Below are positions 47,710 to 61,700 of a DNA stretch of 64,000 bases, one piece after another. Under the pieces are notes generated by a model. That model was not told where the DNA came from. It saw only the letters and a list, made by a program, of their open reading frames with translations, and did no database searches. Made by a program: the position numbers and the translations under genes. How positions within the stretch are numbered: position 1 is the stretch's first letter; each line of letters begins with the position of its first letter. The DNA is from Phoronis australis (taxonomy: Eukaryota; Animalia; Phoronida), in contig NMRA01000132.1 in the NCBI GenBank assembly GCA_002633005.1, forward strand, positions 496,001 through 560,000. The letters are read 5' to 3'.

Positions 47710-50700
47710 NAGCCTTTGACTGATTTCTGTCCTAAAATTGAGTTTGTTTATTATAGATTATTTGCAATGGGTGCTGATTGTTTTCAAATTTCTTGTGTTA
47801 ATTCCTGGGGCCCGTCCCAAGAAAACTGACTTAGCTAAGCCAATTGTTAAATTTAAGTCAATTTTAAGATAAAACTTCAATTTGTCTTAAGTCCATTCCA
47901 AGAAGGTGATCTTAAGTTTGACATAAGATTTTGACTTAAGTTTCGTCTTAAGTTCAACTAACTCAATGGATGTGAAAGCTTCAAAGATTGGAAGTTTAGA
48001 CAAATCTTAGACTTAAGTCAAAAATGAGCTTAAGTCAGTTTCTTCGAACAGGCCCCTGAACTACTGATGACACCCTTCAAGTGTGGTTTCTGAATAGAAG
48101 TAGGTTTTGTTCCAAGTTCTGATTGGCCACCAGCCCCTTATACAGATATGAAACACGATGTTTACTTACAGGCACATACACATATGTATGGCCGGGTGCT
48201 GGTGTGGGTGTTTTGTAAGTGATTTTCATTAAAAAAACTTTAGTAATTATGTTGATATTATGAGAATTTGCAATGTCTAATTAATCCAATTATGTCAAAG
48301 GTTTTAATCATGTTTTATGTGGTAATTGTCAATAAAATAAGCACTGCATGCCTGAGGACTGAAGGGTATTGGCCGGTGTTATTCCAAGGGGGGGAGGTTA
48401 TAATTGGATCGAAAAAGGTCTTGGAATACGTCACAAATAACTGAACCATGGCAACTAGGGTGTAAGGGATGTGGTTGCAAAGTATTGACTCCCCCCCCCC
48501 CCATTACGAGGCTGGGGTGATTTATTATTTTGGATATTGACACCAGTTTTGGAACTATTTTTGTAGTATCCTGAGCACACAGTTGTTTTTTCTCATTATT
48601 TCTTCTTATTGTTCTGGGAATGACAAATTTGTTGTTGTTTCAATTGTTAAGTGTGTGGCAGTTCTGAGGGTTTGTTCCATTGGGACTGTTCCTAAGGACG
48701 TCCTTCCTACTTGGGTGGGTGGTTTGTAATCTTGCCTCGGGCATGATGATTTATGTTCTGGGTATAATGTCTGTGGTTGTTAATTTTCAAATTGGAGTGC
48801 ATCTTTGCACTGTTGAAGTAATTATTTCATTGTGAAGGGATCAAACTATAAATTACAACTGTGTCAATCCACCATGCAAGGTAATTTGTCTTCTGCCAAT
48901 GGACCTTCCCACATTATACACAAAGGTGGCTCAGTCACCAGTAATAGTTGTGTTTGGCTATAAGTGTCAGGTTGACCATGTAGATTATGTAATTTGAAAG
49001 ATCATGTACAGCCCATAATATACAATGACTTCCCTAGGATTTTGTTATCGGCTCAGGTGTCTCATTTTTTCACGTAGGTACCAAGATATTCCATTTATTT
49101 CTGTGTGATGACTGCGCTGAGGCGTACGGTTTGTTTTCAAACAAAAACCCACTGATTGACTGTAAGCCAACAGTTGTGCTTAGATTGTGTTTCCACATGG
49201 TTTTGAGAGTTTCTTGTAAAACATATGCAATAAAAGATGTCCAGAGGGTGTTAGTTAAAAAATTTTTAGAGTGGGAATTAATGATGGAGAATTATGACTT
49301 GAATTTTGATCTAAATGTTCATAATGTATGATTCACTTTTAGGTTTATAGATTTTAGCATAAGAAATAGTAACATGTAAATTTTTTAGAATAAGTCTTGT
49401 GTTATGTTTCGTATTTCTTTGTCATGCAAGTACCGCAGTCGTAGTTACGGTGTCTTTGCACATCTTGTGTATCTTTCAGCTATCAATTTTGGATAGCAGA
49501 TAGTTTTCTGTGTTAATTGGGTTTACTGGTATTTAATATGGGACTGAGTTGAAGTTGAGTTTACAAGCCAGGCTGTGCCCTTGGAGTTGTGAATGCAAGA
49601 TGGGACATTTGTTAACAAAAGCAGTGAACCAAACCCAAATGGCCCAACATTCCAACCACAAGAGAGTCATCCTCCTGACCAGATGACCCTTTCACACTTT
49701 AGCTGTACACACAGGCAGGTTGCTCTGAAGTGTATGTTATCAGACCACTGCTGGTCACAATCTGCTGCACTCAAAAACTGTGTGTTTACATTTCATGGTT
49801 TTGAGTATTTGTTTAACGATGGACGTTAGGCTGTGGCTGCCATTACGGTATCTGAGCAATCCCTTCAGTGGACTGTGACCAGCGTTCCCCTCACGGGCAG
49901 GGGGGGGGTACTAAGTACTTCCGTGGAAGATATATTAGACGTTCTACTTAGAAGGGTGACTTTCTTGACCAGTTTCCCTATAAAAGGTACCTTTTCCTAC
50001 AAAATTTTATACAAAATGGTGACTTTTACTACAAATTTCTATACAAAAGTGTGACTTTACTACAAAAGTCTATGCAAAAGGGTGACTTACAGTAGAAAAT
50101 TCTATACAAAAACAGCAACTGCACAAATACAGATAGAAGGATGCATTTTCCTGCAAAATTCCATTCAAAAAGATGACTTTTCCTACAAAATTTCTTGCAA
50201 TAGGGAGTTCCAAACTCTGCTGAAATTTTCTTTTTCCAAGTACTCAAATCTACAGAAGTGTTTTTATATCTGTAAAACATCTGTTTTGTGACATGTACTA
50301 ATTTTGACAACTTGACAAATCTTGATTATTTTATGTTTCAGGTGTTAGAATATGATTGTTCTGCCCAAAAACGGTTATTTCCACTTACAAAAAGGGTGGT
50401 TTTTGTGGGACAAAACCCAAAAAGCTCCCTGCAAAATGTGTTTTGTTTTTGAGTCTATTCAATTTTCCATCTGTGCCCCTGCTCAAAAATATAATCGACC
50501 CAGCGGATCAACCCTGTGAGATGTGGTCTGGCTTTTGCTTTGACTTGAACTGAATAGGTGCGATGTATTTTTGTACTCGCTGCAACAATTTTGTTTGGTG
50601 CTTACCAAATATAAGGTATTGTGTGGTGTCAATGTTTATTTTATTTACACCTGTGCTGGGTGTCCAGCTGAATGTTAAGATTGATCAGTCATGGTGAGGA

Positions 50701-52789
50701 ACATCTGTTCTAATTACGTGGTGCACATATACTCAAGTCAGTGCAAAGTGGTATCCAATGTGCTTTTCATGCCTGTATTTCATAAACTAAAAGCTGTCAT
50801 GAAAACGAAATTAAAAAAATCTTAAATTTGGTTGATCTTGGTTGGTTATGAGTTGTTGCTTTGAAAGATGTCTCTAAGATATTCACCACGTGACAGTCTC
50901 GCTTGTAGTTGGCTCGGACTGCTCAAGTGATGTCAAAAAGTTGTGTTCTTTTTACTGTCTCTTTTATCTAAAATCTGGACACAACCTCTAAGATATTAAA
51001 AAATTAACAACATGTAAGTATGTGTGAATTAAGTAATTTTTCACCATTGATGTCCAAATACGTCTGCTTTTGCCAGTGTTCGTTGTTGGAGACTTACGTT
51101 TGGTTGAGATTGTACCTTACTCTAGAAATAGTGTTTGAGTTTGTCAAGAATTGACAAGTCATTGGCGAAGTCTGAACTTAATAACCTGAAATTTGAGGAT
51201 CGATATATTACGTGCCGATAGCAACATGGCTGTATTCAGAATGGAAATAGATTGGGTTCATTATAAAACACTGGAAGTGGAACTAGGCTGTACTATGTTA
51301 CTCACTCTCCATCTTCGTGTACTGGTAATGCAAAAAACTCTGGAACATGTACAGTGCACAAGGAAACGCATTGTGCCAAGTATCCAGTTTGTTTGCAAAC
51401 ACATCTTTGTGTAAATGTCCTCTGCTGAACAAGCCTATTGCTACCGCTGGGGTGAGTTAGGGTTATTCTTTATCAAATTTACCTGTAAGCACAATGATGC
51501 TATTTTCGTTTGATACAATAATACATCACCCTAGTCTTGTTTGCCTTGAGGTGTTGGCATAATGAAAACTCTCTAGAATGAAGTACAATGGATTGCCCAG
51601 TCCACAGTACAGGTAGTATTGAATGTCCTCAAGATATAGACTCGTAGGAACACGCTGATGGCAGTGACACTTGTACTGTGCTGTAAACTTACTGGCATTT
51701 AAGCAGCATATTCACATTTTTGCACCTGAGATTTTTTAAATAAGCAAAAATATGCTTTCTTTTGTTCTACCAGGTATATTTGAAATAGAAGTTATCTTTC
51801 CCCAGCAAATTTTTTCTTTACTAGAAAAAAATAATTAAAACTTCTGTTGTCGATTTCATATTGGACTAGCCCACTAAGCAAACAGTGTCTGCAAATGTGC
51901 TTGAATCTTTATTTTATCATTTATACTTTATTGGTTGCCATGATGTTTATAAACCTATCCTTTTTAAAACGCAATAAAATGTATGAAGTTTCACTACTAT
52001 CGGGTTTTTGCAGCATCAGAACCAGACAAGTGTTTGTTAAGTTTGACACCACTGATATGATTTGTCACAGTTTTTGAGTGCAGATATGACAAATAAGTCT
52101 ACATAAAATTTGACCTTCGTTTTGAAGTGTTGGATGGGTTCAAGATTACTGTATCAGCATGGAAGTCAGTCACAGGAAGCCGGTTTGTGCAATCTCGGTT
52201 TGATATAGCAAATGCCTAAAACCATGTAGAATTCTAGTTATTGTATACGTTTTTAGCCCCACGATGACTTGAAACATCACATGAAGCAACGATCACAATT
52301 TACCCTACCTGAAAAACAGGTGACAAAAGTTTGTAGATAAGATGCAAAAATGAGCACCGTACGCTATAGCACAACTGCAAGTGCAGCTTAGGTGTTTCCT
52401 TGTTTCTTGCCACCAGTTAGTGGTTAGATATAAAGTTGACTCAAAATGAAATAATCCAGTGCTCATTGCCATAACCTCAGAAACAGGTGACAAAAGTTGT
52501 CACTGTGTTGTCAATTTGTTCCGTGTTAGTTTTGTTCACTCATGCACTTGTTCACACATATGTTTGCACCGGAACATCTAGTTCCATGTCAGTTGTGCCG
52601 TGTAAACTAGTGCCCTGTAAATGCAGCAATAGACTAGGCTAGCATTTTTCAAAAATGATATATCAAGATTTGGAGCTTGACTTGTTAACATTTCTGCATT
52701 TTGTTTTCTTAGTGGGGTCAATATCTTTAATTTTTTCTAACATCTTTTGGTCAAAATGTGTTTGACTGTTGTCATAACAAGTACCATGC

Positions 52790-53110
52790 CTTTTGTTTTT
52801 GTCGCGACGCGTCTGTCTGTCGGTAACTTTGTTGTTGAAGACATATCTCATGAAGGGAGGTTTAGATTTTGTCTGCATTTTATACCAAGGTGTAAGTGGA
52901 ACAATTTCAGGCACCAACCGATTTTGGGGACCTTGACCTTGGAAACAAGGTCAGGGTTATAACGAGACATTTGATAGTTATGCTGGCAGGGGGGGATGTC
53001 ATAGGCGCTATATTTCAAGCTGGATGCATTACACTTTGTTGGTATTGTTACTGAGGTGCAGGTGGGACATCTCCAGGCGCCAGTCAAATTTAGGGACCTT
53101 GACCTTGTTT
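52790..53110 (+). mobile_element. Possible Helentron-associated (HINE/DINE-like) element
   Basis: T-rich start, short GTCT microsatellite, GACCTTGACCTT/CAAGGTCA palindromic core occurring twice, and a TTGTT end. Confidence 0.4.
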
Positions 53111-53461
53111 CACAGCTCATAGCATGAAATGTTGAAGCTATGTTAACCTTTAGTATACGCTGTTGTAAAGTTCATTTTAAGCAAAATTTAATTTTCTCAT
53201 TTAATTTTATTTGAGCAATCAGTTCCAGCTGCGTTGAAAATAGTGTTGCCAAGATGTTCATCTGGCTTATCTTTAGACACAACATTCATTGCTTCATAAA
53301 ACTATATAGCCTTATACTGTGCATGCCGAGGTTGCAAGGTATGAGTTTGGTCACCCTGTGATAAATGCTCGGTCCAGTTGAACATACATAACTTCATTAA
53401 TTGATTTTCATTGCTACTGTCATCTGAAGAAATGTAATGTTTAGATATTCCCTTTTTTCAG

Positions 53462-53534
53462 CTAAACAATAGCAATAATTTTGACGAGAGACGCTTGATA
53501 AGAGCTGCTATCAGACACCTCAGGGACAAACAGG
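53462..53534 (+). CDS. SMTN: Smoothelin-like exon (motif 1 core)
   Basis: Acceptor ccttttttcag; LNNSNNFDERRLIRAAIRHLRDKQ resembles smoothelin LDQSTDFEERKLIRAALRELR; donor G|GTAAGT. Confidence 0.88.
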
Positions 53535-55328
53535 GTAAGTTTTGTAAACTGTTGCCAGCCTGGTCACTGTGTATCTGGAGACAGACAACAGCCCGCCTGG
53601 CCTGACGACTTTCACATATGCAGGGCATTGAACTTTTCAATCTCTGCCTTGTATTTTTATTCCTTGTATTTTTATTTCTTTCATGGAGTCAAAGTGCTTT
53701 TTTGAAATCTCATTTTCTTCAGTCGTGGAAGGACACTTCCATATGTAGTTCGATTCATAAAAGCTCATTTAGTAGTCATGCCTTAGAAGTTGTGCAGTTT
53801 TGTGATGATTAATGTAGGGCTTTCCACTGCAAAACAAACATTTCAGAAGTAGCCAGAATCCAATGCTGCTTTCCCAGTGGCAGCTCCCCCTTTTGACGAG
53901 TTCCGCTATATGGGAAAGCTTTATTCCACAACTTAAACAGCCGTCGCAACTCCTCAAAAGAGATGCAGTAGTATGTGGAGTTGGGCAACTCCTCTGTTAA
54001 GTCGGTAATGTCAACTCCACTTTGACTGGAGTAATTGCTGGAAGTTGCGACATCAATCATACGAGACTCACTGAGATATTTATCATTGTCTGTTCCCGCT
54101 TTTTCCACATTAGTTAGCTTCACTATATCTAAGAAATTTATCAGCAATAAAAGAAACGTTGATGATTAGAGGCTGAAATTGACATTTTGGTAGGTCTCTG
54201 GAAAGACGAGACGATATCGACGATTCTTGATGGCCTGGCATTAACCATTGTAAATGGCGGGAAAATTGTTCATTAACCTCGTATCCATTCCTCACTCTTA
54301 GTTTGAGAGTATTATCACATCATCTGGTGTTTAATCCAGAGTACTAGTGGTAACTTCTGTGTTGTCATCGGGGAGGAGTCAATGTGAATGGTATGTGGAA
54401 TTGCATGAAGTTCTGGAGTTTCCCTATATGGGAAAGCGACATAAATAAAATAGTAATGCAAGGTCAGACATGAAGCAATATTTGGCCACTGTCTACATGT
54501 TTATGGCCCTTTGAACCATGCTTAATCTATTTACAACAGTTACGCTGAAAGCCTGTTACTGAAGGAGATTGCCGTTTTTAATAACTCTATTCTTTCATCC
54601 TTCTTCAATTCCTGCATGTTTATGTCTCCATAAATAGTGATTTATCTCGGGGAGGGGGGTGATACTTCCAACTTCAGCAGGTGACATGCTTCTCTGATGT
54701 GGGGTTGTGTGATAGTTCTATTGGTTATCTGCAGTTGTTCGTCTGTATTTTTGGGGGGAAATATTGCCAAGAAACACTGCGTGCGATGTTACTGACTGGA
54801 GGCAACCTGTTGTTGGGCTTTCATTGCAGATTAAGGCTTTACCCCCCCCCCAGTCAATTTAAACAAGTTCCCAAGATAATGGTGGTACAAGTGTTACTTA
54901 ACAAAACGTTTTTGAACATATTTACTTTGTTAACCATGGTCACATTGTCTGAAATTACAAAATAGATTTGCAGATTTATTTCTGACCTGTTTATTAGATT
55001 TCGGCCTTATTTATTTCCTATCTTAGTGCTGCAAGAAACCCACTCCCAAGCCAGTGTGCATGATGGATACTCTGGTAAAGGAATTCAACCTTGCATTGCC
55101 CAGAATTATTGTGAAAAATACAATGAAAATCTACAATAATCAAATCAACATGCCTTGAAGTCCAGAACATGGAAGTGGTGTGCTGTAAATTGTTTTGATT
55201 TTATGTGGCTAGGCTGAGTCAAACCACAGGACACCCCTGGATAAGTTAGTTAGAATGTTGTTTTAATCAACTTATCCTGTCTCCAAGAGGGCAGGTTCCT
55301 TGCACCACTCCTTTGCTGTTACTTGCAG

Positions 55329-55552
55329 AACAAGAAACCCCAGCTGCAGATATGAGTAGTTACGGCAGATATCGATCAGATCGGTCGTATGATCGCCCCT
55401 CCAGTTATCGCTCAGAGCGCACTGAACGGTACGAGAGACCCACATCATCGACTTATCGATCTTCACGCAGTGTCGTGCTGAGCCCTGCTGAGGATCCTAA
55501 AGAGGAACGAGATTACAGCCTTATCCAAGATGAATCCGAGCTCAAACGTCTG
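55329..55552 (+). CDS. SMTN: Smoothelin-like exon (R/S/Y-rich linker plus first half of motif 2)
   Basis: Acceptor acttgcag, phase 1; ends DYSLIQDESELKRL; donor CTG|GTAAGT. Confidence 0.85.
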
Positions 55553-58500
55553 GTAAGTGTATAGAAACATGCAAGTATTGCACGTCAACTGATATGTATG
55601 CCACTCGAACATTAAGAGCAGCTTGCTAGTTTGCAGTCCAAATTTGGTTACGAAATTGATATGCCCTGCGTCCCCACAGGACTAGAAAATGTGCGTGCGT
55701 TCCTCAAGTAAAAGATGGTGGCTGCAGGTATCTGCTGAAGAGGAGGAAATATGTGATTTTAATACATGAATACTTTTAGTGTTTTAAGTCTGAAATCAGG
55801 GGCACATCAATTGATTGTCAAAATCCTCGATTTCAGAGAAAATGTTTACGTGGAGTTCGACACCTCACTCTTTTATTAAAATACTCCTTGATTCGCTTGT
55901 ACCTTGTATCAGTGAGTTGTACAGCTAAATTTGTGCTTACTGACACTAGGTGGTGCAGAACGGCTGATACACAACAAGTGAAACACTTATTGTTTGCTAA
56001 GACTGCATTTGTCTAACCCTGCACCCTAATGAAAATGTCTGGCTGCAGCTGGTGTTGGTTAAAGTTGACCAGGAGTTAACACAGACCAAGTTACTCCTGG
56101 AAGAGTTAATTGCGACTTCACTAAATTTAGTTGTCAAAATTTAGTTGTCATGTGGACGTTGCTTAGGCTTGGATAACTAATTCATACACTTGCCACAACT
56201 TCCTCCCATCCCGTGTGTGGATGCAAACCTACAGACAAGGTGGATGAAATTGTCATATTTGTCACAAGGTGTAGGCTGTTGTGGACATGGCAAAATGTGA
56301 TTTTTTTAGGCTATGGGTAATGTAAAAAGAAGGGTTTAATTGGATCATTTAGGTATCCACTTTCACTTCTCTGTCACTGTATCATTTGTGACTGTCAAAG
56401 ACAATTTCATCCTTCCTGTATACTGAACAAGGTCTGAACAAGTCCTAGACTAAACAAACACTTTATAATCCTGCTGTTAGTGTGGGCATAGTTGGTATAA
56501 GGGACTTGTGCACTCCACTGTTCGCTTTGTCAGTCAGTCACAACACTCTGAAAGGTACATAGGAGCCTAGAAAAATTTTAATCACTAACTAAAAGTGTAA
56601 TACAGCATTATTATAATTTAAGAAACATTACAATCCAATTTTGGCCTCTTCACTGTAACTACTATGCCAGGGGAAAATGCAGATTGAATTCAACTCTGCA
56701 CAGACAGAGATATTGGCTTGCAATCAAACTATAATGGTTAACTTATTATTATGCAGTTTTTATAAGTTTAAAACAAATTTCCAATGCCTTAAATTCTTTG
56801 ACACTTGACATTCTTCTGATTACTGTTTCTTTAAGACTCTCAATTCTTCATTTGCATTGTTCTGTTGAAGGATTTTTAAAGTATCTAAAAAAATACATGG
56901 GGGAAAGTTTGCGTTTATGTGAGGTTAATGATGCTGCTGCTGCGGCTTTAACAACTTTGATTACAGGCTTTGAGTTCCCTGTTACAATGTGGCATATCCT
57001 GTTCCTGTAACCACCCTCTTAGCCCAAGTGCTCAGTCACACAATACCAGAGTAATAATGCTCTTCAGATATGCTGAGTAACTGGGTAGATGTCAGCGCGT
57101 AGGAGGTAGAGAACAGAAGGCAGGAAACTAAAGGCGTGTTCATTTTCTCTGGATTGTATTGATAACACACGAAATGCTTTTGTAAATGAAACTTGATTGC
57201 AATCAAGTAGAAGAAGGAAAGTTTTATCTCCTAGTACGGCAATTCTTAAGCGAGATTCTATGTTGTCCAATTTTCCCACAAAAGTAAAGATTAAGAACAT
57301 TTTAGTGCATTAAAAGCATGGATTGTAGTGTGTAGATGTCATGGAAGAACATTTTTCAAAACTCCTATTATTTGTAAAAAAAGTAACGCGCTTTTGATAA
57401 ATGGAAAATGACCGTTTTGGCAAAATAAGCGCAGAATTTGCATGTATGCCCTTCATGTTCATAATTACAAACGATATTATGTATTTTATCTACTGGAACT
57501 ATATTGGAAGGAGTAACTTGTGTCCACTGACTTGTGCCCTATTGTAAAGTATTGTTATGTTTGAAGTACATTATTTAGTTATCGATCTTAACAAACGTAA
57601 ATGATATGTTTTGCGTTGTGGTTTACTATCATTCTTCTGAGAAGTTTTTGCATTCGGTGATTAATAGCTAAGACACCTTCAAATCACTTTGAAATGATGT
57701 CAAACAACAAGATAAAGATTTACTCATTCCAGTCCACAATTGTCTGTACTCGCATGCGGCTGGTTTCTCCAAAAAAAGTGGCCGAGCACATTTATTGAGT
57801 CTTGCAGCGATATAGATAATACGATCGCTTTAATACATTTATTATGAGAGCCTATTGTCGGTATTCTTATTTGCTATTCTTGGTCTTTGATTGGGCTAAT
57901 TATACTCGCCATCCCCCTCCTGGAGCTCAGCTTGGGCTTCATCAATCACTTTTGTGAACAAAGCACTCAATCTACTAAAGGGTCAATCCAGCTAACAAAA
58001 CACAAGCTATTGACAGTTATGTCTTAAACATGACAGTGGTTGTGCTAATCTACTTAAGAAAACAATTACGTGCTCAGATGTTTTTTCTTGGTGAGTTCAC
58101 CTCTGTGTTCATGGTGATCCTTGAGTATATGTCTTAGCGTGACGTTCATTGTGATCCTCTAAGAGATTTGTAATGAAAATGTAACCGGACCTCTTTTAAA
58201 ACAATTTGGAATTCGGGGAGACATTTTTTCAGCAAGGTCCAGAGGAGAGAACAAACGTGCGATTGGATTTTTCTGGATTTAATAAAGTAATTTAAAACCG
58301 TAGCAAAACTTTGCCAATAAGTAATTTAGTTAAAATTCTTTCCATATACGTTAGATTAAATGCTTCAGCTTGTGAATTTACACTTTAACCGTCAAATTTA
58401 TAAAAAGTTTTGAAAAACTTACCCATTATCGATCGCTGTTGTTTTTAGGTAATCCAAGTATTTTTTGAAACACTCTTTGTAAGTGTCCAAAGAAGTGATC

Positions 58501-59709
58501 CAACAATTTTCAGAGGTATGACTTGATTAAACTGGAGTTCTGCAAAAATCAAATATTTGCTGTCGTTTATAAAAATAAACTACGAAGATCTTTCTGGTTC
58601 AAACTAGCTGTATCACAAAGCTGCATGTTTGGAAGCATGATAGTGAAGATTGTATCTTTTTCCATCTGGTTTCATTCAGTGAGGTCCAGGTGAAGTTTGG
58701 GTGCAATGCACAAGTGACAGCATCTTGTTCATCTAGTTTTATTCAGAAAGGACTTGGATTTTTATCTTCATACTAAGCTGTAATTAATTGGGCCACGGTG
58801 ACCATGTCTTTATTAAAATTTAGCAAATTTATGAAACAATAGTATAAACAACATGAATGAATTTCAGTTTGATATATACGCTAAAAATTAAGTTTAAAAA
58901 AGCTGTTTTCTAAAATGTCATTTTGTTTCCATTTTATTAATTTTTTTCATAAAACTCATATATGTCATATTTTTGATAGTCCTCTGCAAAAGTGGAAGAT
59001 TTTAAAAGAATTTTCTAACAGCTGGGAGAACTGTGCATAATTGTGACTATCCGAAAGTTTCATGTGAATCTAATGAGCCATTTCTGAGATAAGGTATTCC
59101 GAAATTAGTCAGATTTGGACATTTTCCAATGAGGGCCGTAGTAAATCTTAAATCAGTATTAACCAACCTTGGCTAATGACATCACCCACGTAAAACACGC
59201 CATGGTAAATTCTCACCAGTTTCGAACAGAAATAATTTGCAAAGTTACTCTTTTTGGTTTTCAAGGTCCACAACTTTTCAAAATATTTTCTATGGTTACA
59301 GAGCTTGATAATTGTAAAGCATTAATTTGACGATACATGTCGTGAAAAAATGTGAAAATTAAATTTCACTCGTCTGCAAAATTGGTGAGATTTTACTTCT
59401 TGTACGTATGTGTGTAAACACTACTGTACTAATGAAGGTTGCTTTTACTGCATGTCACCAAATGCTTATTTCCTGCTCCCCTACTATAGTTTAGTTTTAA
59501 AGTACCATATGGTTGTACCTTCAGGGGATGACCTTTCTTGATTAATTTCTGTGCGACATTGTCAGAAAGAAAATTGTGCCTCAAAGCTGTTTGAGATAGC
59601 TTCACTTTTCCATGAATTCTATTATAAAATGTAACTTTTGGAACCTTAACCCTCCCCTTTCAGCTGTGTGTTAAGGTAATTGGTATTTTATGGAGTCTTT
59701 ATTCTTCAG

Positions 59710-59785
59710 CTGAGCGAGTCGGATGATTACTTCGAGAAGAAGAAAATCAGGGCAGCTATGAGAGAATTGAGGAAGCAGAAAGAAG
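59710..59785 (+). CDS. SMTN: Smoothelin-like exon (motif 2 core)
   Basis: Acceptor attcttcag; translates LSESDDYFEKKKIRAAMRELRKQKE; donor G|GTTAGT. Confidence 0.88.
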
Positions 59786-60074
59786 GTTAGTGATCCTTGT
59801 ACATCAGTAGAATCTTGGAAAATCTGTATGAACTAATGATCCGTGTCGATATCCTAGACAATACTTATGGTTATAATTGGTCATGAGGATGTAAATGGCA
59901 ATATTGTAGGAATTGCTGAATTACCCTTTGAGAATTCTTTCGCTGATAATGCTAATAGGAGATAGCTGATTTAGACTCATCTTCGGTTATTGTAATTTCT
60001 TCTTTAAAATTTTGTTATTTGTGGTAGTGATACTGGTGCACATACTCACAAATCCATGAACATCTGTTGAACAG

Positions 60075-60349
60075 AAAGCTCTGGAGAAACTTCTGCAAGT
60101 AGCGCCACCTATCAAAGACCACGATTGTCCAACCGTAGCAAAGAAGAGGAAGAGAAACAGTCGTCTGCTGGAGAGAATGTTGGTGAAAAACCTGCTGCAA
60201 CAAGCAGCTCCACTCATGAGCAGCGTCCCCGCTTGTCCAATCGTAGCCAAGAGGAAATGGAAGTCAATGTCACGTCAACGGAGGAGAAAGTGAATGAAGA
60301 ATCTGATATTCTGAATAGCTCTGGTGACATGTCGCTCATGGAAAAGTTG
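60075..60349 (+). CDS. SMTN: Smoothelin-like exon (acidic/Ser linker plus first half of motif 3)
   Basis: Acceptor gttgaacag, phase 1; open for 275 nt, ending SSGDMSLMEKL; donor TTG|GTAGGT. Confidence 0.8.
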
Positions 60350-60433
60350 GTAGGTTTATTTTTGTGATTTTAATATCAAAGTGTCTGAGATTTTCATTGT
60401 TATTAATTTTGCCTTAAATTTTTGAGGTAGCAT

Positions 60434-60706
60434 GAGGGGCTTGTTTCGTGAAACTTTTTAATTAACTTAGACCAAAATTGGGTTAACTTAAGACCAAAAT
60501 GTGTTAGCCCTGTTTCATGAAGTTTCTGAATACCAAAATTAAGATCGAAATCGGTCTAATTTAAGACCAAAAATTAGCCTACTACAGAGTAGGTTTAAGA
60601 TTGGACTTAGTCCTGAATAACCAAAATTTCTGACTAGAGTAACTTAACTTTGCCAAATTTTTGGTCTCAAGTCTTCTAAAAAACCACTTCATGAAATGGG
60701 CCCCAG
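60434..60706. mobile_element. Harbinger-like MITE
   Basis: GGGGCTTGTTTCGTGAA ... TTCATGAAATGGGCCCC with repeated TAAGACCAAAA; similar in type to 15542-15830. Confidence 0.65.
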
Positions 60707-61229
60707 GTGAAAGTTACAAATTAGAAATACACCATTGCTTTTATGTTGTATTTAAAATCAAAATCATTGAGTTTTCACGATTTTGACTGAGACAGATTAT
60801 ATATATAAATGCATGCATATTTTATGCTTAAGTATATCAATAAAAGAAGCTTAAAAGTTGATGGGTTATGATTTCAGTTGCATGAACAGGAAATTAGACC
60901 CATTAGAACTAGTCCTTTGGCTGACTTATCCATGGCTTATTTTTTAATGTTTCCCATGATATAGCTATAGACTTGCAGTTTTGGGTCGTATCATTTTGCA
61001 TAACCCTGCACTGTACTGGGTCATATAGTTATGCATTTCCTTGTTCTGTATTGTTCACTTGGTCATGTCACATGTTCTCACCTGCTTTAGCCAGAACACC
61101 TGGAGAGATTGAGGTTGAAGGTAATTGGTTTATGTCGCACGTTTTGTTTGTCTTCGTTGTTAACAACTATTGTGTATACAAGGCAACGGATTTGTCCAGA
61201 TGATTGTAATGAAATTGGCATTAGAAAGA

Positions 61230-61700
61230 AAAACCTAACTGTTCACTGATGGGAATTTCTGTTGTTCATCCCAAAAATGTTTGTCCAACAGATGTCACTA
61301 TGGACACATTTTCTCTCAGTTTCCTTACCCAGTTTCGTCCCAATGCCCGAAATTCATCCGAATGAGTACCTGTCGTTTCAAAATTTTTGAAGCCACACTG
61401 AAATTTTAGTAGTTGTGCATTTATTGTGTCGATTACATGCTGCCTTCGGATGGGTTTATCAAAGTTTTGGATTTCAAACATTAGGTTTTTTGCAATTTGA
61501 ATATTATGCAAGTTAACGCAATTTGACTCCACCTGGCTTCCAAGCAAGGAAATCCATAGGTCTTACCATTCTGACAAAGCGCAAATCTTAGTTGATCATT
61601 TGCAATTGAGTGTCCATTTTTAGAGGCATCCTTAACAAAATTTCGGAATGAAGGTTTTGCTTTTTTCTTAAAAGTTAAATTACAATGAGTTCATCTGGAA
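61230..61700 (-). mobile_element. Decayed LINE RT remnant (approximate ends)
   Basis: LLKFQCGFK (like LSxFQxGFRK) followed by W.RKL...VG, as in CR1/L2 RT; heavily disrupted. Confidence 0.45.

Larger units (their letters stand above)
45245..50196 (+). repeat. Tandem duplication (45245-47709 and 47720-50196) at N47710; probable uncollapsed haplotype
   Basis: Collinear copies. The 5' part carries SNPs and indels, while the 3' part is nearly identical (the ORF track gives identical 78-aa and 73-aa translations). Confidence 0.9.

Noticed and set aside
46644-50310. Pairs of identical short ORFs suggesting tandem genes
   Set aside because: They are a by-product of the N-joined duplication and have no coding signature.
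53809-54295. Minus-strand 112-aa and 61-aa ORFs in a smoothelin intron as a nested gene
   Set aside because: Non-ATG starts, no recognisable domain or splice structure, and overlap with a repeated CTATATGGGAAAGC motif suggesting repeat origin.
54422-54431. CArG-like box CCCTATATGG as an SRF site for smoothelin
   Set aside because: It mismatches CC(A/T)6GG and is part of a locally repeated motif; no independent support.
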